From Somniosus microcephalus (lineage: Eukaryota), in assembly GCA_052327205.1 (NCBI GenBank), contig CM126203.1, positions 177,258,001-177,322,000 of the forward strand: a DNA stretch of 64,000 nt, in the 5' to 3' direction. Below are positions 1 through 11,217 of the stretch, piece after piece; position 1 is the stretch's first letter; the number at the start of each line of letters is the position of its first letter. The notes below the pieces were generated by a model. It was not told the origin of the DNA. It was given only the letters and a program-made list of their open reading frames with translations, and ran no database searches. Position numbers and translations under genes: made by a program.

Positions 1-94
1 AAGGGCCCCAGGCAATTTCGGCGCCGGCGCCAATTGCAGCGCTAGGCCCTCTAGCGCCGCAAAATCGGCGCTAAGGGCACTCAATTTCTAGGCC
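1..94. mobile_element. Right end of a Harbinger-family element or MITE, truncated by the window start
   Basis: Ends in CAATTTCTAGGCC, the reverse complement of the GGCCTAGAAATT TIR at 116, 23491 and 49061; carries TAGCGCC/GGCGCTA subterminal motifs. Confidence 0.75.
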
Positions 95-615
95 AGTGTA
101 TGCTATAAACACACGGGCCTAGAAATTCAGTTGCGTTCGCCAGCCGTTAGCGCCATAAGAGGGGTAGATTTCGAGCGCTAGGCACTTAGCGCCCGGGCGC
201 AGGCCGATCTGCTCCTACGCCCAACTTCATTTGACATTTAGCGCCGGCGCAAAGTGTTTGCGCCCGCTCAGCTGCGCGCGCAGCTTGTGACGTCATTTCG
301 TCGTGCAACGCTGTTTGTGCGCCCCAAACCGGAAATTCAGTGGCGCCCGCCCAATGTGGGCGTGGCGCTGTTAAGAACTGTGAAGTGGAACGCAGCAGAG
401 GCCCTGCGGGCCTCGGGGAGCGCTAATTAAAGGGCACTTAGACTGAACTATAAAGGCCAGCCATTTTGCTGCAATGACTTTAGTGCTTTGGATTTCTGGA
501 CAGAGACCAAGGAACAGACCTTACTGATTTGGGACAACATAGGAGAGGTATTTTTGGCTTCTGGCCAGAGCTTGGAAATTTGACTCATTGTGATTTCACT
601 GTTTGCAAGTTTATT

Positions 616-1764
616 ATGGGGGCTGCATTGGGTTCCAACCCTCAGTTCCAGCATTATGTGCGAAGGGCTCGCAGACGCCGTGTGAGAGGGCCAGCCATGC
701 CTAGACGCAGAGGGGCCATCAGGCGTCGGCAACGTAGGCCTTACCCACTCAGGGAATACCGGCAGCAGGTGTCCTATCTCACCATGACTGCTGCGCATTG
801 TGTTAAGAGGCTGCGCTTCAGAAGGGAGGTGGTTGCAGAGATCTGCCAGCTGCTTCACAGAGATCTGCGTCCACAGCTGATGTGCAGGACGTCTCTGTCG
901 GTGGAAGTGAAGGTCACGGTGGCTCTGAACTTTTATGCAAGCGGATCCTTCCAAGCCGCTGCTGGGGACATAGCGAACATCTCCCAGTTCGCCGTGCATC
1001 GCTGCATCCGGCAGGTCACCGATGCCCTTTTCGCAAGGAGACACCAATTCATCTCCTTCCCCATGACCCTAGAGAGGCAGGAGCAGCGTGCAGTCGGATT
1101 TGCGAGGATCGCCGACTTCCCCATGGTGCAGGGCGCCATTGACTGCACGCATGTGGCTATGCGGGCACCTATCGACAATGCCGAGGATTACCGCAACCGG
1201 AAGGGCTACCATTCCCTCAATGTACAGCTGGTGTGTGACCACAGGCAGCGCATCCTAGCTGTCAATGCCCGCTTTCCAGGAAGCAGCCACGATGCATTTA
1301 TCCTGCGCCAGACTACTGTGGCTGACATGTTCGAGGCACAGCCTCCACCAAAGGGATGGCTTATTGGGGACAAGGGCTACCCTTTGTGTACATGGCTCAT
1401 GACCCCGCTCCGCGCGCCCAGGACCCCTGCTGAGGAGGCATACAACGAAAGCCATCAAGCCACAAGGAACATCATAGAGCAAACGATTGGCGTCCTCAAG
1501 CAACGGTTCCGCTGCCTGGATCGTTCCGGCGGATCTCTACAGTATTCGCCGGATAGAGTCTCCCAGTTCGTCGTCGTTTGCTGCATGCTGCACAACCTGG
1601 CTATCCGCAGGACTCAGGCACTGCCACCTCACGTTGGACCACCACCTCAGGAGGACGAGCAGGAGGACCATGAGGAGGAGGAGGAGGAGGAGGAGTACCA
1701 GCCCAGGAGGGAGCCACAAGGTCCAAGGGCCGTCCGCCGGCGGCTTATTGAACGACACTTCTAG
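616..1764 (+). CDS. Harbinger DDE transposase (HARBI1-like nuclease), intact, about 382 aa from the first ATG
   Basis: Motifs [68 protein letters not shown]; acidic tail; no internal stops. Confidence 0.95.
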   Translation: MGAALGSNPQFQHYVRRARRRRVRGPAMPRRRGAIRRRQRRPYPLREYRQQVSYLTMTAAHCVKRLRFRREVVAEICQLLHRDLRPQLMCRTSLSVEVKVTVALNFYASGSFQAAAGDIANISQFAVHRCIRQVTDALFARRHQFISFPMTLERQEQRAVGFARIADFPMVQGAIDCTHVAMRAPIDNAEDYRNRKGYHSLNVQLVCDHRQRILAVNARFPGSSHDAFILRQTTVADMFEAQPPPKGWLIGDKGYPLCTWLMTPLRAPRTPAEEAYNESHQATRNIIEQTIGVLKQRFRCLDRSGGSLQYSPDRVSQFVVVCCMLHNLAIRRTQALPPHVGPPPQEDEQEDHEEEEEEEEYQPRREPQGPRAVRRRLIERHF

Positions 1765-1877
1765 GCCCCCTGTCAGGGAATGGCTCGTGGCAATGAACGC
1801 ACCTGAATGCAGCCGCTCCGCAAGCCCTCAGCCGGTTAACGCAACAACCACTTGAAACATGACACCTGGACAAGCTG

Positions 1878-1897
1878 AATAAATAAAAAGCTTTATT
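1878..1897. terminator. Bidirectional polyadenylation signal between the convergent Harbinger genes
   Basis: AATAAATAAAAAGCTTTATT: AATAAA on + and TTTATT (AATAAA on -). Confidence 0.6.
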
Positions 1898-2343
1898 TAA
1901 CAAACTCAGGGCCCTTCCCACATGAAACAGAAAAACAGACAAGACCCCCAAAAAACAGTCAAAAACATATCTCACTCCCACAACCTGGGGAGGAATAACA
2001 AAACTTGTCCATCCAATTGGCCTTCATCCTCGGCCTAACCAAGACAAACCCCCCCATACAGAACACAAACACCCCCATATAAAAAAACAGTTGGCAACAC
2101 ACTCTACTTGGTGTGCCGAGAGGGCGAGTCCTTGTGCAGGCTTCTCCGGCCCCTGCCCGACCTGTTGCTCCGCCTCAACCTGGGCCCTGTGGGTGTTGCA
2201 AGGCTGGGGGAAGGCTCCTGAGGGGCACAATGCGTGACGACAGATGCCCTTGGGGGTCGGCCTAGATGAGGTCCGGCCCTGGAGGGGCCGGCTGCTGACT
2301 GCTGCAGCTGTGGCTGGGCAGCATCAGTCTCACCAGCAGCTCG

Positions 2344-4256
2344 TCACAGCTTGGCTGGGGGAGTGGCAGTGGCGGCTGCAGCAATGGGGGCAAGCTGGCT
2401 GATGCCAGGCGCTCGCTGGTCGCCAGAGACACTGGCACTCGGCCGGGCTGGCACTGCAGCAAGCACAGCAATCTGGTGAAGGCCAGACCGCTGTGCTGCA
2501 GCAGAGCGGCGGGTGCCCTGGCGATGCGTCCGTGACACAGCAAGTGTGGCAGAAGTGAGTGCCCGAACTGCCCTGGTCTGTGCCCGCATCAGACCAGCCA
2601 GTGTCTGCACGGCACCACTCAGGAACTCTCGACTCCCGTCCTGTGCTGCCGTGAGTTGGTCGACACCCCTGGCCTGTGAGTCCCCGAAATCGGCCACACT
2701 ATGAGCCAGGGACTCAATGGCCTGAGGCAACTGTCCCACAACCCCCATGAACTCGGTGTGGCGCCGCTCCGAGTCCGCGGACATTTCATCAAGGAGGCGC
2801 ACCTCCTGGGCGAGGACCGTCTCCGGACTGGAGGCCGGACTCTCCCTCTGGGGAGAAGGCCGCCGAGCTGCCCGACCCTTCCCGCGTGCCTGGACGCCAC
2901 TGGGCCCAGCAACTGCCCTCCCCTGCAACACTTCCCCCTCTGGGGAGAAGGCAGCCGTGCTGCCCGATCCTTCCCGCGTGCCTGGACGCCACTGGACCTA
3001 GGAGCTACACCCCCCTGCAACACTTCCCCCTGGCTCTCCTCCAGGCAAGACGTGTCCCCTCCATTGCCATCCCCTGGCGCGGATGAGGGTTCCCCCGATG
3101 TGCCACCTTCCTCTTGGTCCTCGTCGTCCTCCTCTTCCGAGGGACTGGCACTCTCAGCTTCAGGGACCTCCTCCTCACCAGCTGAAAGCAGGAAGGCACA
3201 AGAGTAGCTTTAGAGTGAGGACAGGGCGTCAGCGAGGGAGGCATGAGTGTTGGCATTATGCGCATTGGTGGGACAGTGGCAAAAGATGTAGATCTGAAGC
3301 GCAAGGGGAACGAGAGAGGTCCAAACGGTCATGTCCTTACCATTGGGGCCCAGCACAGGGTCGGCATCTCCAATAGCTACGGGGCCAACCACCCGGGCAC
3401 GCATGAGTCGAGCCACGCACTCCTCCAGGTCACTGAGCTCCTGGAACTGGACACGGCCTCCCCCGGTGACAGTCCGGCTCTTCAGATTCTGCGCCAGCTT
3501 GGCCTGCAAGAGAAAGGACGGCCTCTAAGTACAGTGTGGTGCCCTGTTGTTGTGTGCACTGCCTCCCATGGTCGAATAGCTTGGCCATTGTGGTGCCCTG
3601 TTGTTGTGTGCACTGCCTCCCATGGTCGAATAGCTTGGCCAGTGTGGTGCCCTGTTGTTGTGTGCACTGCCTCCCATGGTCGAATAGCTTGGCCAGTGTG
3701 GCGCCCTGTTGTTGTGTGCACTGCCTCCCATGGTCGAATAGCTTGGCCAGTGTGGTGCCCTGTTGTTGTGTGCACTGCCTCCCATGGTCGAATAGCTTGG
3801 CCAGTGTGGTGCCCTGTTGTTGTGTGCACTGCCTCCCATGGTCGAATAGCTTGGCCAGTGTGTAAAGTGCAGAAAGTGCTATTGATGATCATGCCAGTGC
3901 CATAGCTGCGGGAGGAGGGCTGGCCATTAGGCCTTTGAGGTCCCTTTGCCCATAATGTGAGGTGCACATGCAAGGATGAGGAGGACACTGGAAAGGGTAC
4001 TCACCCTGACCAACCGAGTGAGGTCGTTGTACTTCTTGCGGCATTGGTCACCAGTCCTGGGGACATCGCTGTTGGCTGAGACCCTCTGGGCGATTTCCCT
4101 CCAGGCTCTCCTGTACTGCCTCCTGGGAGCCTTCTTGCCACTGTCCGGGCACAAGATCTCTCTTTTCTTTTCCAAACCCCTAAGCAGCACCCTCAAAGCA
4201 TGCTCTGAGAAGCGCTGCGCTCGTTCACGGGCCTTCTGTATGGCTTCAGGCGCTAT
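2344..4256 (-). pseudogene. Harbinger Myb/SANT-like DNA-binding protein gene, 3 exons (~4256-4005, 3503-3341, 3181-2344), frameshifted
   Basis: Exon 1 RAQRFSEHALRVLL...AWREIAQRVSA...RTGDQCRKKYNDL; donors GTGAGT and GTAAGG, acceptors TTGCAG and TTTCAG; exon 2 AKLAQN..RTVTGGG; a 92-bp duplication shifts exon 3; no in-frame ATG (ATA present instead). Confidence 0.85.
3532..3862. repeat. 54-bp minisatellite, about 6.1 copies, in intron 1 of the Myb gene
   Basis: Unit CAGTGTGGTGCCCTGTTGTTGTGTGCACTGCCTCCCATGGTCGAATAGCTTGGC; copies nearly identical. Confidence 0.97.
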
Positions 4257-4621
4257 TTGGGTCCACCAGCAGTGTTCAGGCCTAGCTGCAGGGCTCCACT
4301 ATCCAGGGCGTGGCAGCAGACAAAGTCGACCCTTCCCCCTTTAAGAGCTGGCCGGCGTCAGGGTGTCTGCTGTCAATCAAAACATGACCGCACCTGCGCT
4401 GCGCCCGGCCTCGGCGTTATCAGTCCGCACCGCCGGCTTAGCGCCTAAAGATAGGAGTGCAACGCCAGTTTCAGCGCTCGCCCAAACTCCTTGGCCAAAG
4501 CTACTGAATATCGGCGAAGTGGCCTCCACTTTCCGGCGGGCGCTAACTTTAGCGCCAGCCCGACTTTACCGCCCCAAAAGTGGCTACACTGAATTTCTGG
4601 GCCACAGTGTATGCTATTTCT

Positions 4622-5306
4622 ACAGCGTCGGCGGGAAACCTGAGCGGCAGAGCGGGGTATAAAAGTCCCCAGAGACCAGGTAAGGCCTCACAGCGTCGGC
4701 GGGAAACCTGAGCGGCAGAGCGGGGCTGTAAAAGGCCCCAGAGACCAGGTAAGGCCTCACAGCGTCGGCGGGAAACCTGAGCGGCAGAGCGGGGCTGTAA
4801 AAGGCCCCAGAGACCAGGTAAGGCCTCACAGCGTCGGCGGGAATCCTGAGCGGCAGAGTGGGGCTGTAAAAGTCCCCAGAGACCAGGTAAGGCCTCACAG
4901 CGTCGGCGGGAAACCTGAGCGGCAGAGCGGGGCTGTAAAAGGCCCCAGAGACCAGGTAAGGCCTCACAGCGTCGGCGGGAAACCTGAGCGGCAGAGCGGG
5001 GCTGTAAAAGGCCCCAGAGACCAGGTAAGGCCTCACAGCGTCGGCGGGAATCTCGAGCGGCAGAGCGGGGCTGTAAAAGGCCCCAGAGACCAGGTAAGGC
5101 CTCACAGCGTCGGCGGGAATCTCGAGCGGCAGAGCGGGGCTATAAAAGGCCCCAGAGACCAGGTAAGGCCTCACAGCGTCGGCGGGAATCCTGAGCGGCA
5201 GAGCGGGGCTGTAAAAGGCCCCAGAGACCAGGTAAGGCCTCACAGCGTCGGCGGGAAACCTGAGCGGCAGAGTGGGGCTGTAAAAGGCCCCAGAGACCAG
5301 GTAAGG
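4622..5306 (+). repeat. 69-bp tandem monomer array, 10 copies, at the CR1 5' end
   Basis: Unit ACAGCGTCGGCGGGAAACCTGAGCGGCAGAGCGGGGCTGTAAAAGGCCCCAGAGACCAGGTAAGGCCTC; no spacers. Confidence 0.97.
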
Positions 5307-5522
5307 TTTACCAGTCTCCAGTCTCGGAGGGAAGGAGAGAGGTAAAAAGTAATCCAAGTGTGACGTCACCAGAAAGCCGGTAAGTGATTGGTTGGTGAGT
5401 ATTTCTCCCTTTTAAGCTTAAATCTCTTTGGTTTATAGTTTCTAAGGTGTGATATACACCATCTAGAATCGGGGCAGAGGATATTTAAGAATAATATTAA
5501 TAAATTTAATTAATTACATAGA

Positions 5523-6479
5523 ATGGGAGATCAGGCGATGTGTTGCTGCTGCAATATGTGGGAGCTGGTGAACACCATTGATGCTCACGGTGATCACATT
5601 TGCAGTAAGTGTTGGCTGCTCGAGGAACTCCGGCTCCGTGTTGAAGAGCTGGAGACCGAGCTTCAAACACTGAGACACATCAGGGAGGGGGAGAGTTAAC
5701 TGGACTCTGTGTATCACGAGGTAGTCACACCAATTAGATTAATTAATTCAGATGTAGTCCGTGGCCAGGGTCAGGATGGTGTGACTAGAAGTGAGGCAGG
5801 TACGGGGATCCAGGAGGTAGTGTTGGAGGAGCCGCAGCCCTTGCACTTGTCCAACAGGTTCGAGGCTCTTACTCCCTGTGGGGACAGGAGCAGGGACTGC
5901 AGGGAGGATGAGCAACCTGGCCACAGCACCGTGGAGCAGGGGGGCATTCAAGTGGGGGGAGTTAAAAGAAATGTTGTAGTGGTAGGGGATAGTATCGTTA
6001 GGGGGATAGATAGAGTTCTTTGCAGCCGAGAGCGAGAGTCCCGAAGGCTGTGTTGCCTGCCCGGTGCCAGGGTTAAGAACATCTCCTCTGGACTGGAGAG
6101 AAACTTGGAGTGGGAGGGGGAGGATCCAGTTGTCGTGGTCCATGTTGGTACCAACGACATAGATAGGACAAGGAAGGAGGTTCTGCTGAGGGAGTTTGAG
6201 CAGCTAGGGGCCAAATTAAAAAGCAGAACCACAAGGGTAATAATCTCTGGATTATTACCTGAGCCACGAGCGAATTTGGCTAGGACAAATAAAATTAGAG
6301 AGTTAAATGCGTAGCTCAAAGACTGGTGTGGGAGAAATGGGTTTTGCTTCCTGGGACACTGGCACCAGTACTGGGGCAGGAGGGAGCTGTTCCGTTGGGA
6401 CGGGCTTCACTTGGCCAGTGCTGGGACTAGAGTCCTGGCGGATCATATAACTAGGGCTGTAGAGAGGGCTTTAAACTAA
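5523..6479 (+). pseudogene. CR1 ORF1 (zinc-binding Cys motif, coiled coil, SGNH esterase) with two nonsense codons
   Basis: MGDQAMCCCCNMW...CSKC..LEELRLRVEELE; VVGDSIVR, HVGTND, DGLHL; in-frame stops at 5697-5699 and 6312-6314. Confidence 0.9.
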
Positions 6480-6517
6480 CTAGTGGGGGGGAGGTTCCTA
6501 GAGAGCAAATAATAAAA

Positions 6518-9469
6518 ATGACAACAGAGAAAGTAATAGACTTAGGTAGCAGTGGGGAAATTAAAAACCAGAGCGTGTCAGGAAGGGGCAGAAGGTATGG
6601 AGTAAAAGGTAAAGTAATAAAAAGGGCAAAAGCAGGAACTAAGTGTCACAAAACATCTTTGAAAGTTCTCTATCTGAATGCACATAGCATTCGTAACAAA
6701 ATAGATGAGTTAATGGCACAAATAACTACATATGGGTATGATCTTGTGGCCATTACAGAAACATGGCTGCAGGGTGACAATGCTTGGGAATTAAACATAC
6801 CAGGTTATTTAACGATCAGGAAGGACAGGCAGGAAGGAAGGGGAGGTGGGGTGGCTATGTTAATAAAGGAAGGAATCACTGTAATACAGAGAAATGATAT
6901 TGGGTCAAAAGATCAGGATAATGAAACAGTTTGGGTGTAGGTAAGGAATAATAAGGGGAAAAAAACATTAGTGGGCGTAGTCTATAGGCCTCCGAACAGT
7001 GGCAACTCTGTTGGACGGAGTATCAATCAGGAAATAGTTGAGGCTTGTAATAAGGGAACATCTATAATTATGGGGGATTTCAACTGTCATATTAATTGGA
7101 CAAATCAAATTGGGCAGAGCAGCCTTGAGGATGAGTTCATTGAGTGTATTAGGGATGGGTTTCTTGAGCAGTATGTAACTGAACCGACCAGGGGGCAAGC
7201 AACCTTAGATCTGGTCCTGTGTAACGAGACGGGATTAATTAAAAATGTCCTAGTAAAGGATCCCCTTGGAATGAGTGACCATAACATGGTTGAATTCCAT
7301 ATTCAATTAGAGGGTGAGAAGGTTGGATCTCAAACAAGCGTGCTAAGCTTGTATAAAGGAGACTATGAAGGTATGAGAGCGGAATTGAGTAGAGTGGATT
7401 GAGAAAATAGATTAAAGGGTAAGACGATACATGATCAGTGGTGTACATTCAAGGAGTTATTTTACAATTTCCAAAAAATATATATTCCACTGAGAAGAAA
7501 AGGGTGTAAAAGAAAAGACAGCCATCCGTGGCTAAGTAAAGAAATTAAGGATAGTATTCGACTAAAAACAAGGGCATATAAGGTAGCCAAATCTAGTGGG
7601 AGGATAGAGGATTGGGAAAACTTTAAAAGACAGCAAAAAATAACAAAAAGATTGATTAAGAAAGGGAAGATAGATTATGAAAGTAAATTAGCAAAAAATA
7701 TAAAAACAGATAGTAAGAGTTTTTATAGTTATATAAAAAGAAAAAGGGTGGCTAAAGTAAATGTTGGTCCCTTAGAGGATGAGACCAGGAAATTAATGGT
7801 GGGAAATATGGAGATGGCAAAAACACTGAATGAATATTTTACATCAGTCTTTACAGTAGAAGACACGAAGAATATCCCAACACTGGACAAACAGGGGGCT
7901 AAAGGGGGGGAGGAGCTAAACACGATCAAAATCACTAAGGAAGTGGTACTTGGTAAAATAATGGGACTCAAGGCGGATAAATCACCTGGACCTGATGGCT
8001 TTCATCCTAGGGTCTTGAGGGAGGTGACGGTAGGGATTGTGGATGCATTGGTAATAATTTTCCAAAACTCCCTGGACTCGGCAAAGGTCCCGGCAGACTG
8101 GAAAACTGCTAATGTAACACCCTTATTTAAAAAGGGCAGTAGACAGAAGGCTGGAAACTATAGACCGGTTAGCCTAACATCTGTGGTAGGTAAAAGTTTG
8201 GAGTCCATTATTAAGGAGACAGTAACAGGACATTTGGATAATCATAATTTAATAGGACAAAGTCAGCATGGTTTTATGAAGGGGAAGTCATGTTTGACAA
8301 ATTTGCTGGAGTTCTTTGAGGAAGTAACGTATAGGGTGGATAAAGGGGAACCAGTGGACGTAGTGTATTTAGACTTCCAAAAGGCATTTGACAAGGTGCC
8401 ACACAAAAGATTATCGCTTAAGATAAAAAATCACGGGATTGGGGGTAATATTCTGGCATGGATAGAGGATTGGCTATCTAACAGAAGGCAGAGAGTTGGG
8501 ATAAATGGTTCATTCTCAGACTGGCAATCAGTAACTAGTGGTGTTCCGCAGGGGTCAGTGCTGGGTCCCCAACTCTTTACAATCTATATTAACGATTTGG
8601 AGGAGGGGACCGAGTGTAACATATCAAAGTTTGCAGATGATACTAAGATGGGAGGGAACGTAGTGAGTGAGGAGGACATAAAAAACCTGCAAGGGGACAT
8701 CGACAGGCTAAGTAAGTGGGCAGAGATTTGGCAGATGGAATACAATACTGGAAAGTGTGAGGTTATGCACTTTGGCAGGAAAAATCGTAGAGCAAGTTAT
8801 TATCTTAATGGCAAGAAACTGGAAAGTACTGAAGTACAAAGGGACCTGGGGGTCCTGGTGCACGAAACTCAAAAGGTTAGTATGCAGGTGCAGCAAGTGA
8901 TTAAGAAGGCCAATGGAATGTTGGCTTTCATTGCCAGGGGGATAGAATATAAAAATAGGGAGGTATTGCTTCAGTTGTACAAGGTATTGGTGAGGCCGCA
9001 CCTGGAATACTGCGTACAGTTTTGGTGTCCATACTTAAGAAAGGACATACTTGTTCTCGAGTCAGTACACAGAAGGTTCACTCGGTTAATCCCGGGGATG
9101 AGGGGATGGACATATGAGGAGAGGTTGAGTAGATTGGGACTCTACTCATTGGAGTTCAGAAGAATGAGAGGCGATCTTATTGAAACATATAAGATTGTGA
9201 AGGGGTCGGAACGGGTGGATGCGGGGAAGATGTTCCCGATGATGGGTGAAACTAGAACTAGGGGGCATAGTCTTAGAATAAGGGGCTGCTCTTTCAAAAC
9301 TGAGATGAGGAGGAACTTCTTCACTCAGAGGTTGGTAGGTCCATGGAATATGCTGCCCCAAAAAGCTGTAGAAGCTACATCATTACATAAATTTAAAACA
9401 GAAATAGACAGTTTCCTAGAAGTAAAGGGAATTAAGGGTTACGGGGAGCGGGCAGGAATTTGGACATGA
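6518..9469 (+). pseudogene. CR1 ORF2 (AP endonuclease plus reverse transcriptase) with two nonsense codons
   Basis: ITETW, GDFN, SDHN, GVPQGSVLGP, FADD; three ORF-track segments in one frame, split by stops at 6938-6940 and 7400-7402. Confidence 0.95.
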
Positions 9470-10859
9470 GTCTAGGTTCGGATCGGTCATGGCCCTGTGG
9501 GTAGCGGAGCGGGCCCAGGGGCCGTGTAGCCTGATCCTGCTCCTATTTTGTGTGTCTAATTCTGTTAGATTCAGGAGGTGGTTCTGTGATAGTGGATTGG
9601 CGGTTAGGATCAGATCAGCCATGATCTTATTGCATGGCGGAGCAGGCTCGAGGGGCCGATTGGCCTACTCCTGCTCCTATTTCTTATGTTCTTATGTTCT
9701 TATAAGTTTAGTCTACTGATAAAGAAACTAATGTTGCAAATGAGTTGTACAGTCATCCTTCTACTATTTATATGATAGGTATATGTGGATAATGTTTATG
9801 GTTCAGGTATACATTACAAAACAGATTTTGGTCTTTTGCATTATGCCATGTGGAGTAGTATACCCTGTATAATAGTATCCCAAATGCTTAGGGAGTATTA
9901 GCGCATTGGGCAAATGGCTTCTTCTGTTAGAATTTCCCTAAAATAGATATTACAGCAATTTTCACCGTCACCACTTGGAGGGTGAACCGATGGAACGGAT
10001 CGCTTTCTCCTTCTACCGCCATATTTTTAATCCCATTGAAGTCAATGCAAATGAAAATTGCTCAGGTTCCATAATGGGCAGGTGATCCTACCACCCTAGT
10101 GGTGAAGATAACAATTACCCCCATTGAATTTCCCTTTAATATATACAAGCATTCCACTGCATTCAAATTAGGCCCTAATAAAGCTCCTGACATTTAGACA
10201 TGTCAAAACCACCATTTTGTTTGACAATGTTGGGAGGAATGGCTGCTCATAACATCAGTACTTAAAGAGACATTCCCCGTGAATATCTTTATTCATTGGA
10301 ATTTTTGTTACTTTGTTGAAAACTGTTTTATTTTCATAATTAGAAAGACATGTGTAATGTGGCATCAATTACATCCTCCCAAACAAAAATTCACTTGTTA
10401 AAACTTGTAATTGCACAGAAGGAAGTATTAAAGCTTAAGAAATACACATTTCTGGCACTGCACAAATTGGTCTTCTGTTGGTACAAAAATATAGAAACAG
10501 CCAATTGTTTCTTAAATAGTCTCATTACATATAGTCAACATTCTAAGAATCAATAGGTAATTTTTCAGAAAAGGTTTAGTGTTGTCTGGCCATAACCAAT
10601 ACTGAATAATTTTTAAAACACATTCATTAAACCTTTGCAGCTTTTAATACATATAATAGAAAGGAAAAGTATATTGTTTGATGAGTTCCATTAATCAACA
10701 GCCTGAGATTATTTTCTTTCAGCATTACCATTGCATGGATCTATTTGTGTAACCAAATAACCCATATAAAAGCATATACAGAGCTTCTGTCACAGTCATA
10801 CATGGACCTTCCTCCCCAACCCTTTTCTCAGTCATTGTCACTAACCCAGAGGAACCTTT

Positions 10860-11217
10860 GGGGCAGCAAAAGAGTAGGAGAAGCAGAAAAAGGGGCCTAT
10901 GACAGATGTCAGCTTGATAATACAAGGGAGAATCAGGCTGAATATAAAAAAGTACAGAGGAGCAGTGAAAAAGGAAATAAGAGGAGCAAAGAGACAGTAC
11001 AGGAATAGATTGGAGGCTAACGTGAAAAGGAATCCAAAGGTCTTCTATGGGCATATTAAAAGTAAAAGGGTTATCAGAGGAGTGGACCAAAGTGGAAATC
11101 TGTTGGTAGAGGCAGAAGGCATGACTGAGGTATTAAATGAGTACATTGCTTCGAAAGATCCATCACAGACTTGATGGACCGAATGGCCTCTTCTGTGCTG
11201 TACTATTTTATGATCTA
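10860..11217 (+). mobile_element. Degraded CR1 fragment (ORF2 linker region joined to a 3' tail)
   Basis: VKKEIRGAKRQYRNRLEANVKRNPKVFYGHIKSKR; tail GATGGACCGAATGGCCTCTTCTGTGCTGTA. Confidence 0.75.

Larger units (their letters stand above)
116..4603. mobile_element. PIF/Harbinger DNA transposon, full length, two convergent genes
   Basis: TIRs GGCCTAGAAATTCAGT (116-131) and ACTGAATTTCTGGGCC (4588-4603); flanks ACG/ACA consistent with a 3-bp TSD with one mismatch; transposase on +, Myb/SANT gene on -. Confidence 0.92.
4622..9703 (+). mobile_element. Full-length CR1 LINE (copy A)
   Basis: 5' monomer array, ORF1 (Zn motif, coiled coil, esterase), ORF2 (APE-RT), 3' UTR ending in (TTCTTATG)n. Confidence 0.95.

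Noticed and set aside
616-1764. Domesticated host HARBI1 gene
   Set aside because: Intronless, enclosed by TIRs and paired with a Myb gene, so a transposon copy
3243-3988. Several repeat-peptide ORFs
   Set aside because: Translations of the intronic 54-bp minisatellite
4622-5306. CRISPR-like array or 249-aa repeat protein
   Set aside because: Contiguous units with no unique spacers and no cas genes, in a eukaryotic context; the ORF is a by-product of a 69-bp stop-free unit
9950-10125. Old palindromic MITE-like remnant (similar traces at ~12530-12770, ~42040-42100 and ~63040-63100)
   Set aside because: Too decayed to fix TIRs or TSDs by eye
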